A stretch of 64,000 bases of DNA from Chthonomonadales bacterium (GCA_038217285.1 JBBQPO010000002.1:1-64000), one strand, 5' to 3'. Shown: positions 47,553 to 57,810, counted from the first letter of the stretch. Program-made: numbers and translations. The notes: generated from the sequence alone by a model not told the origin.

Positions 47553-48441
47553 TCCCGGCGGGAAAGAGCCGCGCCGCCAGCGGTTTGCCCGCCGCCCGGC
47601 ACCGGTCACCCTGACGCCGCAGAAGGTGGCGCTCCTGCGCCAGATTGCCGACTACGGCCTAGCTACGGTCGTGCAGTTGGCGAAGCTCGTCGGCCCTTCG
47701 GAGAAGAGCGTGCGGCGGCATCTTCGGGAACTCTATGACTCGGGACTCACAGACCTGATCGCGATACCGAGAGCGGCCTTAGCGGCGCCGGGTGAGGTTA
47801 ATGATGCGCGCCTGCTGTACGGTTCGGCACCGAATATTGCCTGCTTGAAGAGGGCCGGACAGAAGGCACTCATCGCCGCAGGGTACCCCGACACACCAGC
47901 ACCGCTCCCGCCGTATGGACCGCGCAACTGGGCCTTTGTGGCGCACGCGCTCGCCATCAGGGACGTTCGCCTCTGGCTCGAACTCTCTGCCCGTTACGTC
48001 TCTGGTCAGACCCTCGAAACCTGGAAGTGCGGGGGTGCTGCGGCGATCGATCTGGAGCGGGTACGGGCACCCCAGAAACTCTACCCTGATGCCTGGTTTA
48101 CCTACCGGGTCGGTGAGCAGATCCTCGTCGGCTTGCTGGAAGTTGATCGCGGCACTGAACGGGGTAACACCCGCTGGCAGGAAAAGCTCACTGGCTACCA
48201 TGCGCTCTTCGAGAGCGGACGCCTGGCAGCGGTCACGGGCTACCGCAACGCGCGAATTATTGTGGTAACCTCGAGTGAGCGGCGGCGCGATAGCCTCGCG
48301 ACGTTCATTCAGCAGCATGCTGATCCGACGCTTGCCAGTCGGTTTTGGTGTGCTGGGGAGACGCTGATTGCAACTCCTGGCCTCGACACCGTCGGATGGC
48401 GGCAACCAGGACAGCAAATGCTTCGCGCACTACTGAAGTAA
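47533..48441 (+). CDS. Replication-relaxation (Replic_Relax) family protein
   Basis: AGGAGG RBS; N-terminal wHTH, AHALAI, YPDA, LEVDRGTE...K...Y. Confidence 0.85.
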   Translation: MTAASGNPGGKEPRRQRFARRPAPVTLTPQKVALLRQIADYGLATVVQLAKLVGPSEKSVRRHLRELYDSGLTDLIAIPRAALAAPGEVNDARLLYGSAPNIACLKRAGQKALIAAGYPDTPAPLPPYGPRNWAFVAHALAIRDVRLWLELSARYVSGQTLETWKCGGAAAIDLERVRAPQKLYPDAWFTYRVGEQILVGLLEVDRGTERGNTRWQEKLTGYHALFESGRLAAVTGYRNARIIVVTSSERRRDSLATFIQQHADPTLASRFWCAGETLIATPGLDTVGWRQPGQQMLRALLK

Positions 48442-48625
48442 GAGAGGGGTGAAGAGTAGAAAGGCCGCACTTCAAAAAGAGCGTCTACTATCCTGATCCG
48501 GAAGTGCCTGTCAGCGAGGGAAATCCTTACCAGCAGGCATTTCCCGATATGTTCTACTGCAGTGCTACGCTGCCAATACTCGTCTGCCTCGCCGCACTAC
48601 GGGATGCTGGAAGTGAAGGAACTAA

Positions 48626-49726
48626 AGACTGATTGCGAAATAGCGGTCTCGGCTTCGCCTCAAGCTAACGTTTCCGTTTCTTGAAGGAAGAAAATTCGGG
48701 ATCCTCAGACCGCTATGCCAATTCAAACCTACCGGTGGCGCGGAAATTGAGCAACCCGCTCACCACGCAAAAGATGTCTTCGTGCCCGCTCTGCGGTCCG
48801 CGCCACAGACCCGCGAGGCAGCCGAACTTCTGAAGACGAGCGAAGTGATGCTCGACCGGCATCCGCAACACCGAGAGGAGATGGTTGTACGCTTTGCCCA
48901 AAATCGTCACCTTCTGACCGCGTTTCTTCTTGATCGGAGCCGCCACATCCGCGTCAGGATACGCTTTCTCGGTACCTTCGTACCCCTTGTCCAGACGGAC
49001 TTTCACCGCCAACGGGATCCGATGCATGACTCCCGAGGCGCGCAGAACGGTCATGTCATGCAGGCTGCCCGGTAAGCCACCGAACACATGAAGCACCAGG
49101 TTTTTGGTCGCCACGATCTGCGTTTTGATCGTGTGGTCGTGCTGCTTCCCACTGTAGGCGTGCTTGCGTTTGAGCTTGTCCGCAGGCTGTGGCACTTCCT
49201 GTTCGGTGGCGTCGATCAACACCTCGGCGAAGTCAGGATGGGCCTTGAGCAACTCTTGGAGCGTGTTGATGCGCTTGGGCTTTTTGACCGGCTTCTGGTT
49301 GTCGGGCTTGTCCTCGGCGCAATGGACGATCGTTCGCAAGGGAGCGTCGCGCAAAGGAATGGGCAGGACTTCCAGGAGAACGGGCATTAAGCGTAGCTTG
49401 AACTCTCGGCAGATGTTGCTCTCGTCCAGATCGAAGAGGTAGCTGAGCAGGCTCTGACTACAATAGAGGCGCAGGTAGATCAGTCCCATCAACAAGCGTT
49501 CGGGCAGAGACAAAGCAAATGGTCGTCCGGCTCCGATTTGTCGCTCACGTTGGTCGTGATTGCGTTGGTGATGTTGGGCTTGTTCATAGGCGAGAGTGAC
49601 CTGTGCCAGCACCTGATCGAACTCAACAATCGTGAGGCCGGTGAACTTTTGGAAGTGACGCGGCTTACGCCGCAGTTTGGTTAAGGTAATCATGCCACTC
49701 AGGTTACCTTATTTCGCAATTGATCT
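48626..49726 (-). mobile_element. IS5-family (ISL2-like) insertion sequence, 1101 bp
   Basis: TIRs AGACTGATTGCGAAATA / TATTTCGCAATTGATCT; TAA duplication at 48623-48625 and 49727-49729. Confidence 0.9.
48713..49693 (-). CDS. IS5-family transposase (HTH_Tnp_4 + DDE_Tnp_4)
   Basis: FQKFTGL, IDATE, YSGK..HTIK.Q, HD, DKGY, R..VEH. Confidence 0.9.
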   Translation of the reverse strand: MITLTKLRRKPRHFQKFTGLTIVEFDQVLAQVTLAYEQAQHHQRNHDQRERQIGAGRPFALSLPERLLMGLIYLRLYCSQSLLSYLFDLDESNICREFKLRLMPVLLEVLPIPLRDAPLRTIVHCAEDKPDNQKPVKKPKRINTLQELLKAHPDFAEVLIDATEQEVPQPADKLKRKHAYSGKQHDHTIKTQIVATKNLVLHVFGGLPGSLHDMTVLRASGVMHRIPLAVKVRLDKGYEGTEKAYPDADVAAPIKKKRGQKVTILGKAYNHLLSVLRMPVEHHFARLQKFGCLAGLWRGPQSGHEDIFCVVSGLLNFRATGRFELA

Positions 49727-49916
49727 TAACAAAACTGGCGTTCACCCGAATCAGCAGACAGGCGACTAAGAAGGGTTTGTTGAAGCGCCAAAGAAACATA
49801 TCAATGTCTCTTTTTTGCTTGCCTGAATTTTCCTGCAACTCAAATCCACACATCATGGGTCGCAATTGGGGTATAATAGGATGTTCTTCAGATCAAGGAG
49901 AGCAGATCCTTCAGGT

Positions 49917-49963
49917 ATGGACTCTTAATCCATTTGCCCAGGGTTCGAGCCCCTGACGACCCA
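49917..49963 (+). other. Duplicated 3' half of tRNA-Lys(CTT), the att site / right end of the element
   Basis: ATGGA-CTCTTAA-TCCAT anticodon arm, CAGGG-TTCGAGC-CCCTG T arm, ACGACCC-A acceptor strand; no D arm or correctly spaced 5' acceptor strand. Confidence 0.85.
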
Positions 49964-50033
49964 TCCCCTTTTGTTCCCTACTCCCTTTGCGCCGCCCCTC
50001 CGATTCTGACCGGTTTCTATCTCTGTCTATCCT

Positions 50034-50522
50034 ATGAAACACTGCCCACGCTGCAATCAGGATAAAGACGAGGAGGAGTTCGGCAAAAACCGGACGCGCC
50101 CGGACGGCCTCCAGGTACAGTGCCGCGCCTGCATTAAGCTCATTCACCACGACTGGTACACTCGCAACAAAGAGCGACACTACGGCAACGTCCAGAAACG
50201 CCGCAAACTCTTCTCCGACGAACTCGCTCGCCAAATTCTCGCCTACCTGAAAGCGCATCCATGCGTAGACTGCGGCAACGCCAATCCGCTCGTATTGGAA
50301 TTCGATGCGCTCGACGGGCGAAACGCTCTGCACATCACGCCGGAGACCACCTGGGACACGCTTTTACCGGAAATGACACAATGCGAAGTGCGCTGTGCGA
50401 ACTGCCGACGCCTCAAGATCGGAAAGCAGGTCGGAATGCGCCGTGCGCTCATGCTAAATCTCCAAATGAATGAATCGGAACGTACTCAAGAGATTGAGTT
50501 GAAGGATATGCCCCTGGAATGA
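50034..50522 (+). CDS. Zinc-ribbon protein resembling degenerate HNH-type proteins
   Basis: CPRC, CRAC, CVDC..LEFD, CANC; the His residues usual after EFD and CANC are absent. Confidence 0.6.
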   Translation: MKHCPRCNQDKDEEEFGKNRTRPDGLQVQCRACIKLIHHDWYTRNKERHYGNVQKRRKLFSDELARQILAYLKAHPCVDCGNANPLVLEFDALDGRNALHITPETTWDTLLPEMTQCEVRCANCRRLKIGKQVGMRRALMLNLQMNESERTQEIELKDMPLE

Positions 50523-50673
50523 ACTGCCGACGCGAAAAGCGTTGGGATGGTTCTCTTGCGCCGGAGTGAACTCCGGCGCAAACCTACTGGCGATGACGCA
50601 AACCTGTCGGGCTATTCAACAGGCATCCCTGGGCTTTTTCGCGCCAACTACTCACCCAACTATAAGGAACACT

Positions 50674-53600
50674 ATGCGGACAACTCTTCTTCCCGCTCTC
50701 GCTTTTCTGGCCTGTGCGTCTCTGGTCGGCGCACAGGAGACCGAGGGATTACGGCCGATTCACTTTGCCCGGCAGCCCGCGCTGGCCCCGGATGGCAATC
50801 GTCTTGCCTTCTCCTATCTCGGGGACATCTGGACGGTCTGGGCGGACGGCGGGACGGCGACGCGCCTGACCATCCACGAAGCGCACGACTATGCCCCGGC
50901 CTGGTCACCGGATGGGAAATGGATCGCCTTTTCCTCGAAGCGGGAAGGCAACTATGATGTCTGGGTCATGCCCGCGATGGGCGGCAGAGCCAGACAATTG
51001 ACGTTTCACAGCGCCGATGATATCGTGACGGGCTGGACGCAGGACGGCAAGAACGTGCTATTTACCTCGGCCCGTGAGACGACACGCTATCCTGCCATCT
51101 ATACCGTTAGTGTCGCGACAGGCGCGACTCGATTGATTGCGAAAGACGATTCGCCCCTCGGCAATGCGGCGGCGACGCCCGATGGAAAGTCTATCGTCTG
51201 CACACGGGGCGGGCAGTGGTACCGCAAAGGTTACCGGGGAAGCGCCACCTCCAATCTGATGCTCTTCCCGCTCGAGGGCGGGCCAGGGCAGTGGGTGACG
51301 CACGAGAAGGAGAATCAGCGCTGGACGCTCTTCGCGCCGGACAACAAGAACATCGTCTTTGTCTCGGATAAGGACGGCGTGGCGAACCTGTGGCGGCGCG
51401 GACTGACCAACAGCAAGCCGACCGAACTGACACACTTCAAAGACGGCAATCTGTTCTACCCGACGATGGCGGCGAAGACCGGACGCCTCGTCTTTGAACA
51501 CGACTTCACGCTCTGGGCGCTGGACAGGGCAGGCACTGCCCCGAAAGAGCTGAAGATTTACGCCCCGACCGATGACCGCACCAACCCGGTGCGGCACGAG
51601 ACACTGACGAAAGGGGCGCAGGAGATCGCACTGTCGCCGGATGGCCGGTCACTGGCGTTCATCGTGCATGGTGAGGTGTTTGTGCAGCCGATGAGCGGAG
51701 GCGCAGCCCGAACGGCAGAGGCGAGTTCGGCGAAAGCCGACAAGGATCAGGCTCCCGACGAGCCGTTGCCTGTCCTGCCCTCCGAGGCACGGCGCTTGAC
51801 GGAAACGCCGCAGCGCGAACAGGACATCGTCTGGTCACCGGACGGCAAGACGGTCGCCTTCACCTCCGACCGCGACGGCAACAACAATATCTATCTCCTC
51901 AATGTCAAGACGAAGAAAACAACTGCCCTGACCAAAGCCCCCGGAGACGAGAATAGCCCTGTCTTCTCGCCGGACGGCAAGAGTATCGCCTTCCTGCGCG
52001 GCTACAATGGGGCCGAACTGTGCGTCGTGCCTGTCACAGGCGGGGCAGAGCACGTTCTGGCCCACGACCCGAATATTCGCGAGGTTGCCTGGTCGCCCGA
52101 CTCGCAGTGGCTGGCCTATAGCCGCATGAAGTCGCACTCCGCCGGCACAATGGCCGACATCTTCATCGTCGGGGCGGCAGGCAGCAAGCCCGTCAACGTC
52201 ACACGCTACCCGAAGGTCAACACTGGCCCGGTCTGGTCTGCAGACGGCAAAAAACTGTTCTTCCGCTCTAACCGCACCACGAACGAAAATCTCTGGAGCG
52301 TCAGCCTGCTTGCCGACCCGCCGGTTCCTGCCACAAGCGAGGAAGGCGACGATCCCGCGCCTGCTCCCAAACCCGCCGAACCCGCAAAAGGCGAGAAGAA
52401 GCCCCTCGTCGTCAAGATTGATTTCGACGACATCCACAAACGCGCCCGACAGATCACCCGTGTCGAGAGCGGCGTCGGCAATTTCGCGCTCTCGCCGGAT
52501 GGCAAAACGGTCGTGTTCAGCATGAGCCAGCTTGGCCGCAACGACCTGTGGAGCCTCCCCGCCGTGGGCGGACAGCCGATGCGACTGACGCAGACGGGCG
52601 AAACGGGCGACGGCATCACCTTCACCCCGGACGGTCAGCGCGTCGTCTATATCTCGGCGGGAGCCATTCATTCGCTGGCCCTCAATGCGCCCTCCGCTGC
52701 CGCCGCGCCCGTCAACTTCATCGCGAAGATGGACATTGACACCCACGCGGAGCTGACGGAGATGTTCGACGAGGCGTGGCGCAAGATGCGGGACGCTTAC
52801 TACGACGAGAAGATGCACGGCTCCGACTGGAACAAAATCCGCGACACCTACCGCCCCATTCTCGACGACATCACCTACAAGGAAGATTTCTACACGCTGT
52901 TTTCGCTCGTCCTGGGCGAGTTGAACTCCTCGCACGTCGGTATCTCAGGCGCTCCCGACCGCGACGGCCCGGTCACGCCCTCGCTCGGAATCACGCTGGA
53001 CGACCGTTTCCCCGGCCCCGGCGTCAAAGTGGCGACGGTAATTCCGAAAGGCCCCGCCGACAAAGAGAGCAGCCGCCTGAAACCGGGCGACATTCTCCTC
53101 AAGGTGGATGGCGAAGCGGTGACCACGACGGAACAGTTCGCGCATCTGCTGGCGGACAAGGCGGCGAAGCGGGTCGTCCTCATGGTCAACACGGAGCCGA
53201 AAGAGGACAGAGCGCGGACGGTGCGGATTCGCCCCATCCCTGCCGCCGCGTACAAACTTCTCGAATACGACCGCTGGGTGACAGAGCGAGAGAAGATGAC
53301 CGATCAGTTCTCCGGGGGCAAACTCGGCTATATGCACCTGAGCGCGATGGACGACGCCAATCTGGAGAAGTTCAAGCGGATGGTCTACGGGGATATGCAG
53401 GCGAAGGACGGGCTGGTGCTGGATGTGCGCTTCAACGGCGGCGGCAGCACGGCGGACGAGATTCTGGAGGTGCTGGAGACCAAAGTCTTCGGCTACCGCA
53501 CCCTCCGCAGCGATACCGACCGCACCACCTCGCCCCTGCTCGTCTGGAACAAACCGACGATTGTGCTTATCAACGAACTCTCGTTCAGCAACGCCGAAGT

Positions 53601-53874
53601 CTTCCCCTGGGGCTTCAAGGAGCTGCATCTGGGCAAAGTTGTCGGCGTTCCCACCAACGGCGGCGTCATCGGCACGGGCGCGACCACCCTCATTGACGGC
53701 ACGACGCTTCGCATTCCCGGCGTCGGCGCCTACACGCTCACCATGATTGACCAGGAACACAACGGCTGCCCGCCCGACATCTACGTCGAAAACAGCCCCG
53801 AAGACATTGCCAAAAACCACGACCGCCAACTGGAGACCGCCGTCCGCGAACTCCTCCCGCAAACGAAACACTGA
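50674..53874 (+). CDS. Tricorn-like S41 peptidase
   Basis: Signal peptide, PD40 repeats, ELNSSH, PDZ, DVRFNGGG, SFSNAEVF. Confidence 0.95.
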   Translation: MRTTLLPALAFLACASLVGAQETEGLRPIHFARQPALAPDGNRLAFSYLGDIWTVWADGGTATRLTIHEAHDYAPAWSPDGKWIAFSSKREGNYDVWVMPAMGGRARQLTFHSADDIVTGWTQDGKNVLFTSARETTRYPAIYTVSVATGATRLIAKDDSPLGNAAATPDGKSIVCTRGGQWYRKGYRGSATSNLMLFPLEGGPGQWVTHEKENQRWTLFAPDNKNIVFVSDKDGVANLWRRGLTNSKPTELTHFKDGNLFYPTMAAKTGRLVFEHDFTLWALDRAGTAPKELKIYAPTDDRTNPVRHETLTKGAQEIALSPDGRSLAFIVHGEVFVQPMSGGAARTAEASSAKADKDQAPDEPLPVLPSEARRLTETPQREQDIVWSPDGKTVAFTSDRDGNNNIYLLNVKTKKTTALTKAPGDENSPVFSPDGKSIAFLRGYNGAELCVVPVTGGAEHVLAHDPNIREVAWSPDSQWLAYSRMKSHSAGTMADIFIVGAAGSKPVNVTRYPKVNTGPVWSADGKKLFFRSNRTTNENLWSVSLLADPPVPATSEEGDDPAPAPKPAEPAKGEKKPLVVKIDFDDIHKRARQITRVESGVGNFALSPDGKTVVFSMSQLGRNDLWSLPAVGGQPMRLTQTGETGDGITFTPDGQRVVYISAGAIHSLALNAPSAAAAPVNFIAKMDIDTHAELTEMFDEAWRKMRDAYYDEKMHGSDWNKIRDTYRPILDDITYKEDFYTLFSLVLGELNSSHVGISGAPDRDGPVTPSLGITLDDRFPGPGVKVATVIPKGPADKESSRLKPGDILLKVDGEAVTTTEQFAHLLADKAAKRVVLMVNTEPKEDRARTVRIRPIPAAAYKLLEYDRWVTEREKMTDQFSGGKLGYMHLSAMDDANLEKFKRMVYGDMQAKDGLVLDVRFNGGGSTADEILEVLETKVFGYRTLRSDTDRTTSPLLVWNKPTIVLINELSFSNAEVFPWGFKELHLGKVVGVPTNGGVIGTGATTLIDGTTLRIPGVGAYTLTMIDQEHNGCPPDIYVENSPEDIAKNHDRQLETAVRELLPQTKH

Positions 53875-53890
53875 GAGCGTTCTCTTCCCT

Positions 53891-53927
53891 CCGCCTGACT
53901 GTCCTCCGGGATAGTCAGGCGGTTTTG
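53891..53927. terminator. Terminator between convergent genes
   Basis: CCGCCTGACT...AGTCAGGCGG followed by TTTT. Confidence 0.75.
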
Positions 53928-53933
53928 TTGTGT

Positions 53934-54626
53934 TCAGAGAACGCCGCGCTCTTTGAGGGAGACCCATTTGTTGTCGCCGAGGACGATGTGGTCGAGGAGT
54001 TCGATGCCGAGGATTTGGCCCGCTTCGGCTAGCCGCTGCGTGATGCGGCGGTCTTCGGCGCTGGGGGTCGGATCGCCGCTGGGGTGATTATGTGCGACGA
54101 TGATCGCGGCAGCGCTGGCGATAATGGCGTCTTTGAAAACTTCGCGGGGATGTACGAGACTGCTGTCCAGAATGCCGACCGATACGGACATAATCTTCAA
54201 GACCCGGTTTTTGGTGTCCAGCAGCAGCGACTTGAGATGCTCCTTCTTCAGGTCGCGCAGTTCCGGCATCAGCAGGTTCGCGACATCCTGCGGGGAGCGG
54301 ATGATCGGCTTCTCTTCGCCGCCCAGCACCGCGTTGCGCTTGCCCAGTTCGATAGCCGCCGCGATCTGAATCGCCTTGACCTCTCCCACCCCTTTGACCG
54401 CGCTCAACTGTTCGATGGTGGCAGTGGCGACGCCGCGCAGCCCCTGAAACTCGCTCAGAAGCAGTTCGCCGAGGCCGAGGGCGGAACGCTCGGTCGTGCC
54501 GGTGCGGAGCAGGATGGCGATCAGTTCTGCGGTGGAGCAGACGGAAGGCCCGTGCTTGGACAGGCGTTCGCGGGGTCTCTCTTCAGCGGGCATTTCGCGG
54601 ATGGCGACGGTGTAGCGTTCAGCCAC
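53934..54626 (-). CDS. radC: RadC (JAB domain) protein
   Basis: ERPRERL, HhH GVGEVKA, VHPREVF, HNHPSGDPTPSAED, LLDH. Confidence 0.95.
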   Translation of the reverse strand: MAERYTVAIREMPAEERPRERLSKHGPSVCSTAELIAILLRTGTTERSALGLGELLLSEFQGLRGVATATIEQLSAVKGVGEVKAIQIAAAIELGKRNAVLGGEEKPIIRSPQDVANLLMPELRDLKKEHLKSLLLDTKNRVLKIMSVSVGILDSSLVHPREVFKDAIIASAAAIIVAHNHPSGDPTPSAEDRRITQRLAEAGQILGIELLDHIVLGDNKWVSLKERGVL

Positions 54627-54717
54627 GAGGCAGATTCCTCCAGAATTGGTATGCTATCGGGAAAGACAACGCACGTCGGGAATCGAGGACAGCGTTCAGA
54701 AGTGCGCGTCCACCTGA

Positions 54718-56429
54718 TCAGGAAGTAAGCGAGGTATAGACGGGAACCAGCGGCAGACTTACTTCAATCAACAGCCTCTCTCCTGCCTTCGAGTCCACAC
54801 GGCATTCGCCGCCTATCAGCGTGGCACGCTGCTGAATTCCTACCAGTCCGCTATGATCACAGAAGCAGTTGGCATTGTCCGCCACGCCCGCGTTCTCGCC
54901 GTACCCCACCTGGATCAGAAGATATTCGTCTGCGATTTCAAGACGCACGTCCACTTCGCGGGCGTGGGTGAGCCGCACGGTATTGGTAACGCCCTCCTGG
55001 ACAATGCGGTACGCGGCGGTCTCCACCGTCCCATCCAGCCGATTGTCGAGACCTGTCTGGCTGAAATTCACCGCCACCTGATTCTGTTCAGCATAGTGCT
55101 TGCAGTACCACTGCAGCGCGGGCAGCAGGCCAAGATCGTCCAGCAGACCGGGACGCAGATCTACCGAAAGCGCACGAACGTGCTGCATCAGGTCCGTCAG
55201 CAGTCCCTGGGCGCGGCGCAGCTGTTTTTCGCGCTCGTCCTCGTCCAGTCGCGGCAGGGTGGCGATGGCAAGTTTGATTCCAGCCAGCACCTGCCCGATC
55301 TCTTCGTGGAGTTCGTGCGCCAGATGCCCGCGCTCCGCTTCCTGAAGCTCGACCAGACGCTGCGCCAGGTGCTGGAGTTCCTGATTGCGCCGCTGGGCGG
55401 CGTCATTCAAAATCTCTTTGCGAAGCAGCAGAGTGTGTTCTTCTTCTGCCTTCTTGCGGTCGTTGATGTTGCAAAAAAGACCCACAGGCCATCTTCCGTC
55501 GGATAGGCATTGACCACATACCAACTGAGATAAGGAGGATAGTACGCCTCGAATCGCGCCGTTGTCTTTTCGGAAACAGCCTTTCGGAATTCGCGCCCGA
55601 ACTCATCCTCGGCCATATCGGGATGCGTGGTCCATAAATTCTGCCCGATTACCTCCGCCCGGTTTTTGTTTAGCACCCTCTCCGCCTCGCCATTCATATA
55701 GGTGAAGTTCCAGTTGTGGTCGAGAGCGATAAAGGCGTCCGAAATTTTCTCAAGCGTGTCTACAACGCGCTGATCGGCATCGTGCTGCATTCGAACAGCC
55801 GCCATGCGCTGATGCAGGTTTCTTCGGACGGCGGTGAACAGATAGGCAAGCAACGTGGTAATGACGACAAGCAGGAAGGCAAGCGCGAGATTCGCTTCAC
55901 GCAGATAGCGTCGGTTTTGTTGGATGTGTTCGGCCAGCGCTCGCCGCTCCTCCTGCTGGATTTTGTCTGCGAAGAGATGCACCTGTGCCAGCCGGTAAAA
56001 CTCTTGCCCGAGAGGCATACTGCCTTTCGGGCCGGCAGCCTCACGTCTGTTATTCTCTGCTTTCAGGAGTGCGTAGTAGGTTGCAATGTTGGCCCTGAGT
56101 GTCTTTATCTGCTCGGTTTGCAGCGGTTCCTCCGCCGTCAGCGCTGCGAGTCCGTCCAGGTCATGAAAAGTCTGGCGGTTCGACGTGTTGAACGAGACAA
56201 GCGCGTCAAGATTGTCATTCAGAATGTAATCTTCATGGGCGTCCTGCGCCTGCTCCACATCCAGCAGGGCGGCCGACAGACGGGACTGCTCCTGATAGGT
56301 GTGCGACACAAGACGGTATGCCTCGCGACTGCGCCAGGAGAGCTGGAGGAATACCCCGGTCACACTCAAAAAAAGGATCGTTCCCAGCACAAACCCAGGG
56401 TATTTTTTGTAAAAATCAGAGGTAATCAT
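54718..56429 (-). pseudogene. CHASE3-PAS-HisKA_3 sensor kinase split by a 1-nt frameshift
   Basis: ORF 55407-56429 (TM, CHASE3-like, PAS) and ORF 54718-55524 (ELHEEIGQ, LRP.LLDDLGL) join as WVFFCNIND if the A6 run at 55473-55478 were A7. Confidence 0.85.
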
Positions 56430-56676
56430 CGGTTCTTACTGCATTCCGGGTCTCCAACAGCACCCTCTGGCGGAAATCTTTCTCCGCCGGTTCGTGTGGG
56501 GAGGCACACAGAACGCGATGAAGAGAGCAATTACCTATTTGTTAAGACGTATCATCATAGCATATCGGCTGACAATTGGCAAGCGAAGAAATCAGGAAAT
56601 TGAGAGGAGCGTGTCGAACTGTAGCAGGGACAGGTTTCCCTGTAAGAATGCCGCCTTGAGCGGCAGAAAGCGCACC

Positions 56677-57729
56677 ATGCAAGCCGGACGACGCCGAAAA
56701 ACAGTTGGAATAGGATGCCTTTTTCTGGGTCTGGCAGTACTGCTGGTCTGGCTATGGGCTACCCGCACCCCGGCCCTGCTGGATCACGCCCACCGCATCA
56801 CCGAAGGACAGTACGAAAGTTACGCCTGGCAGTCCACGAACAAGCTCGTCCTGCTCTCCGCTCCCACAGACCAGGGAATGCCGTATGTCCTGCTCGATCT
56901 CACTACAGGTATACAGACATTGCATTCCCTTTCTTCATTCCAGACATCACTGACATATAACGGGCTAACTGCGAGAACGATGGCCTTACGCTGTTCTCCG
57001 AATGGAAGCTGGGCTGTTGGAGCAGACAGCGATACAAAGTTTCATCTGCTCTCCCTTGGCGAAGAAGCGGAACATGACTACCGGTTTGATGATTACTATG
57101 AACGGGAGGGCGGGACGACTGGAGAGGCCGGGATAGCCTGGCTGCCGGATGGTCGGCGCTGGCTGGCATGGTCTCCTACCTCGCGCAAAACTCCCCTGAG
57201 GCTGTTCAGCGTGGACGCGCCGCATTCGCCTTCGGTGCGGCTGTCTCCTCCGTCCGGGATGTCCCGACTGCTCGGAGTCACACCGGACAATCTTGTCGTC
57301 ATGACGAAAGTCCCTGCTCCGCCCGCCCTCAGCAACAGCGCGGAGATACACACTTTTGGCGTCTATCCCAACCGGGCCGCAGATCGCTCCTGGAGTTTTG
57401 CTCTGCCTTCGACTGCTGAGGTCAGCACGATAGAACTTTCGCCGCAGGGTGAGCGTCTCGCCTGGCTTCTTGTCTACTCCCGCCGCCCGGCCCTCGTCAC
57501 GCTGCTGTCGCGTCTCCTGCCGTTCCTGGCCGCGAAGTTCCCGCCAGTAGAGGGCGTCAGCGTCTGGGTCAGCGGACTGGATGGCAAAGCGATGCGCGAG
57601 ATCGGATTTCAAGAGATGCCCCGCAACGGGACCGCGCCAGACCGGGTCACGGAACTCCGCTGGATGCCGGACGGAAAGCATCTCAGTTTCCTGCATCGTC
57701 ATGCGCTCTATTCCATTCCCGTGCCATAA
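56677..57729 (+). CDS. Membrane-anchored beta-propeller-like hypothetical protein
   Basis: N-terminal TM helix; SPNG/WLPDG/SPQG/WMPDG repeats. Confidence 0.7.
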   Translation: MQAGRRRKTVGIGCLFLGLAVLLVWLWATRTPALLDHAHRITEGQYESYAWQSTNKLVLLSAPTDQGMPYVLLDLTTGIQTLHSLSSFQTSLTYNGLTARTMALRCSPNGSWAVGADSDTKFHLLSLGEEAEHDYRFDDYYEREGGTTGEAGIAWLPDGRRWLAWSPTSRKTPLRLFSVDAPHSPSVRLSPPSGMSRLLGVTPDNLVVMTKVPAPPALSNSAEIHTFGVYPNRAADRSWSFALPSTAEVSTIELSPQGERLAWLLVYSRRPALVTLLSRLLPFLAAKFPPVEGVSVWVSGLDGKAMREIGFQEMPRNGTAPDRVTELRWMPDGKHLSFLHRHALYSIPVP

Positions 57730-57810
57730 GGTAATCAAGCAGTCCGGGTACGTTTTCTGGCTCAAAAGCGAGGCGCTTTTGCGTAACACCGGGTGAGGAA
57801 AAGTGTCTAA

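Noticed and set aside
48442-48622. oriT downstream of the relaxase-like gene
   Set aside because: No convincing inverted repeat or nic-like motif recognised by eye.
49857-49963. Complete or intron-containing tRNA-Lys starting at GGGTCGC
   Set aside because: 60 nt separate it from the anticodon stem, with no D-arm; best read as an att fragment.
50034-50522. Active HNH homing endonuclease
   Set aside because: Catalytic His positions appear substituted; activity unsupported.
51835-53967. Long alternative ORFs inside the tricorn gene
   Set aside because: Shadow frames with no motifs.
53934-54626. radC as element-borne anti-defence JAB gene
   Set aside because: Full-length HhH-containing chromosomal type, outside the att boundary.
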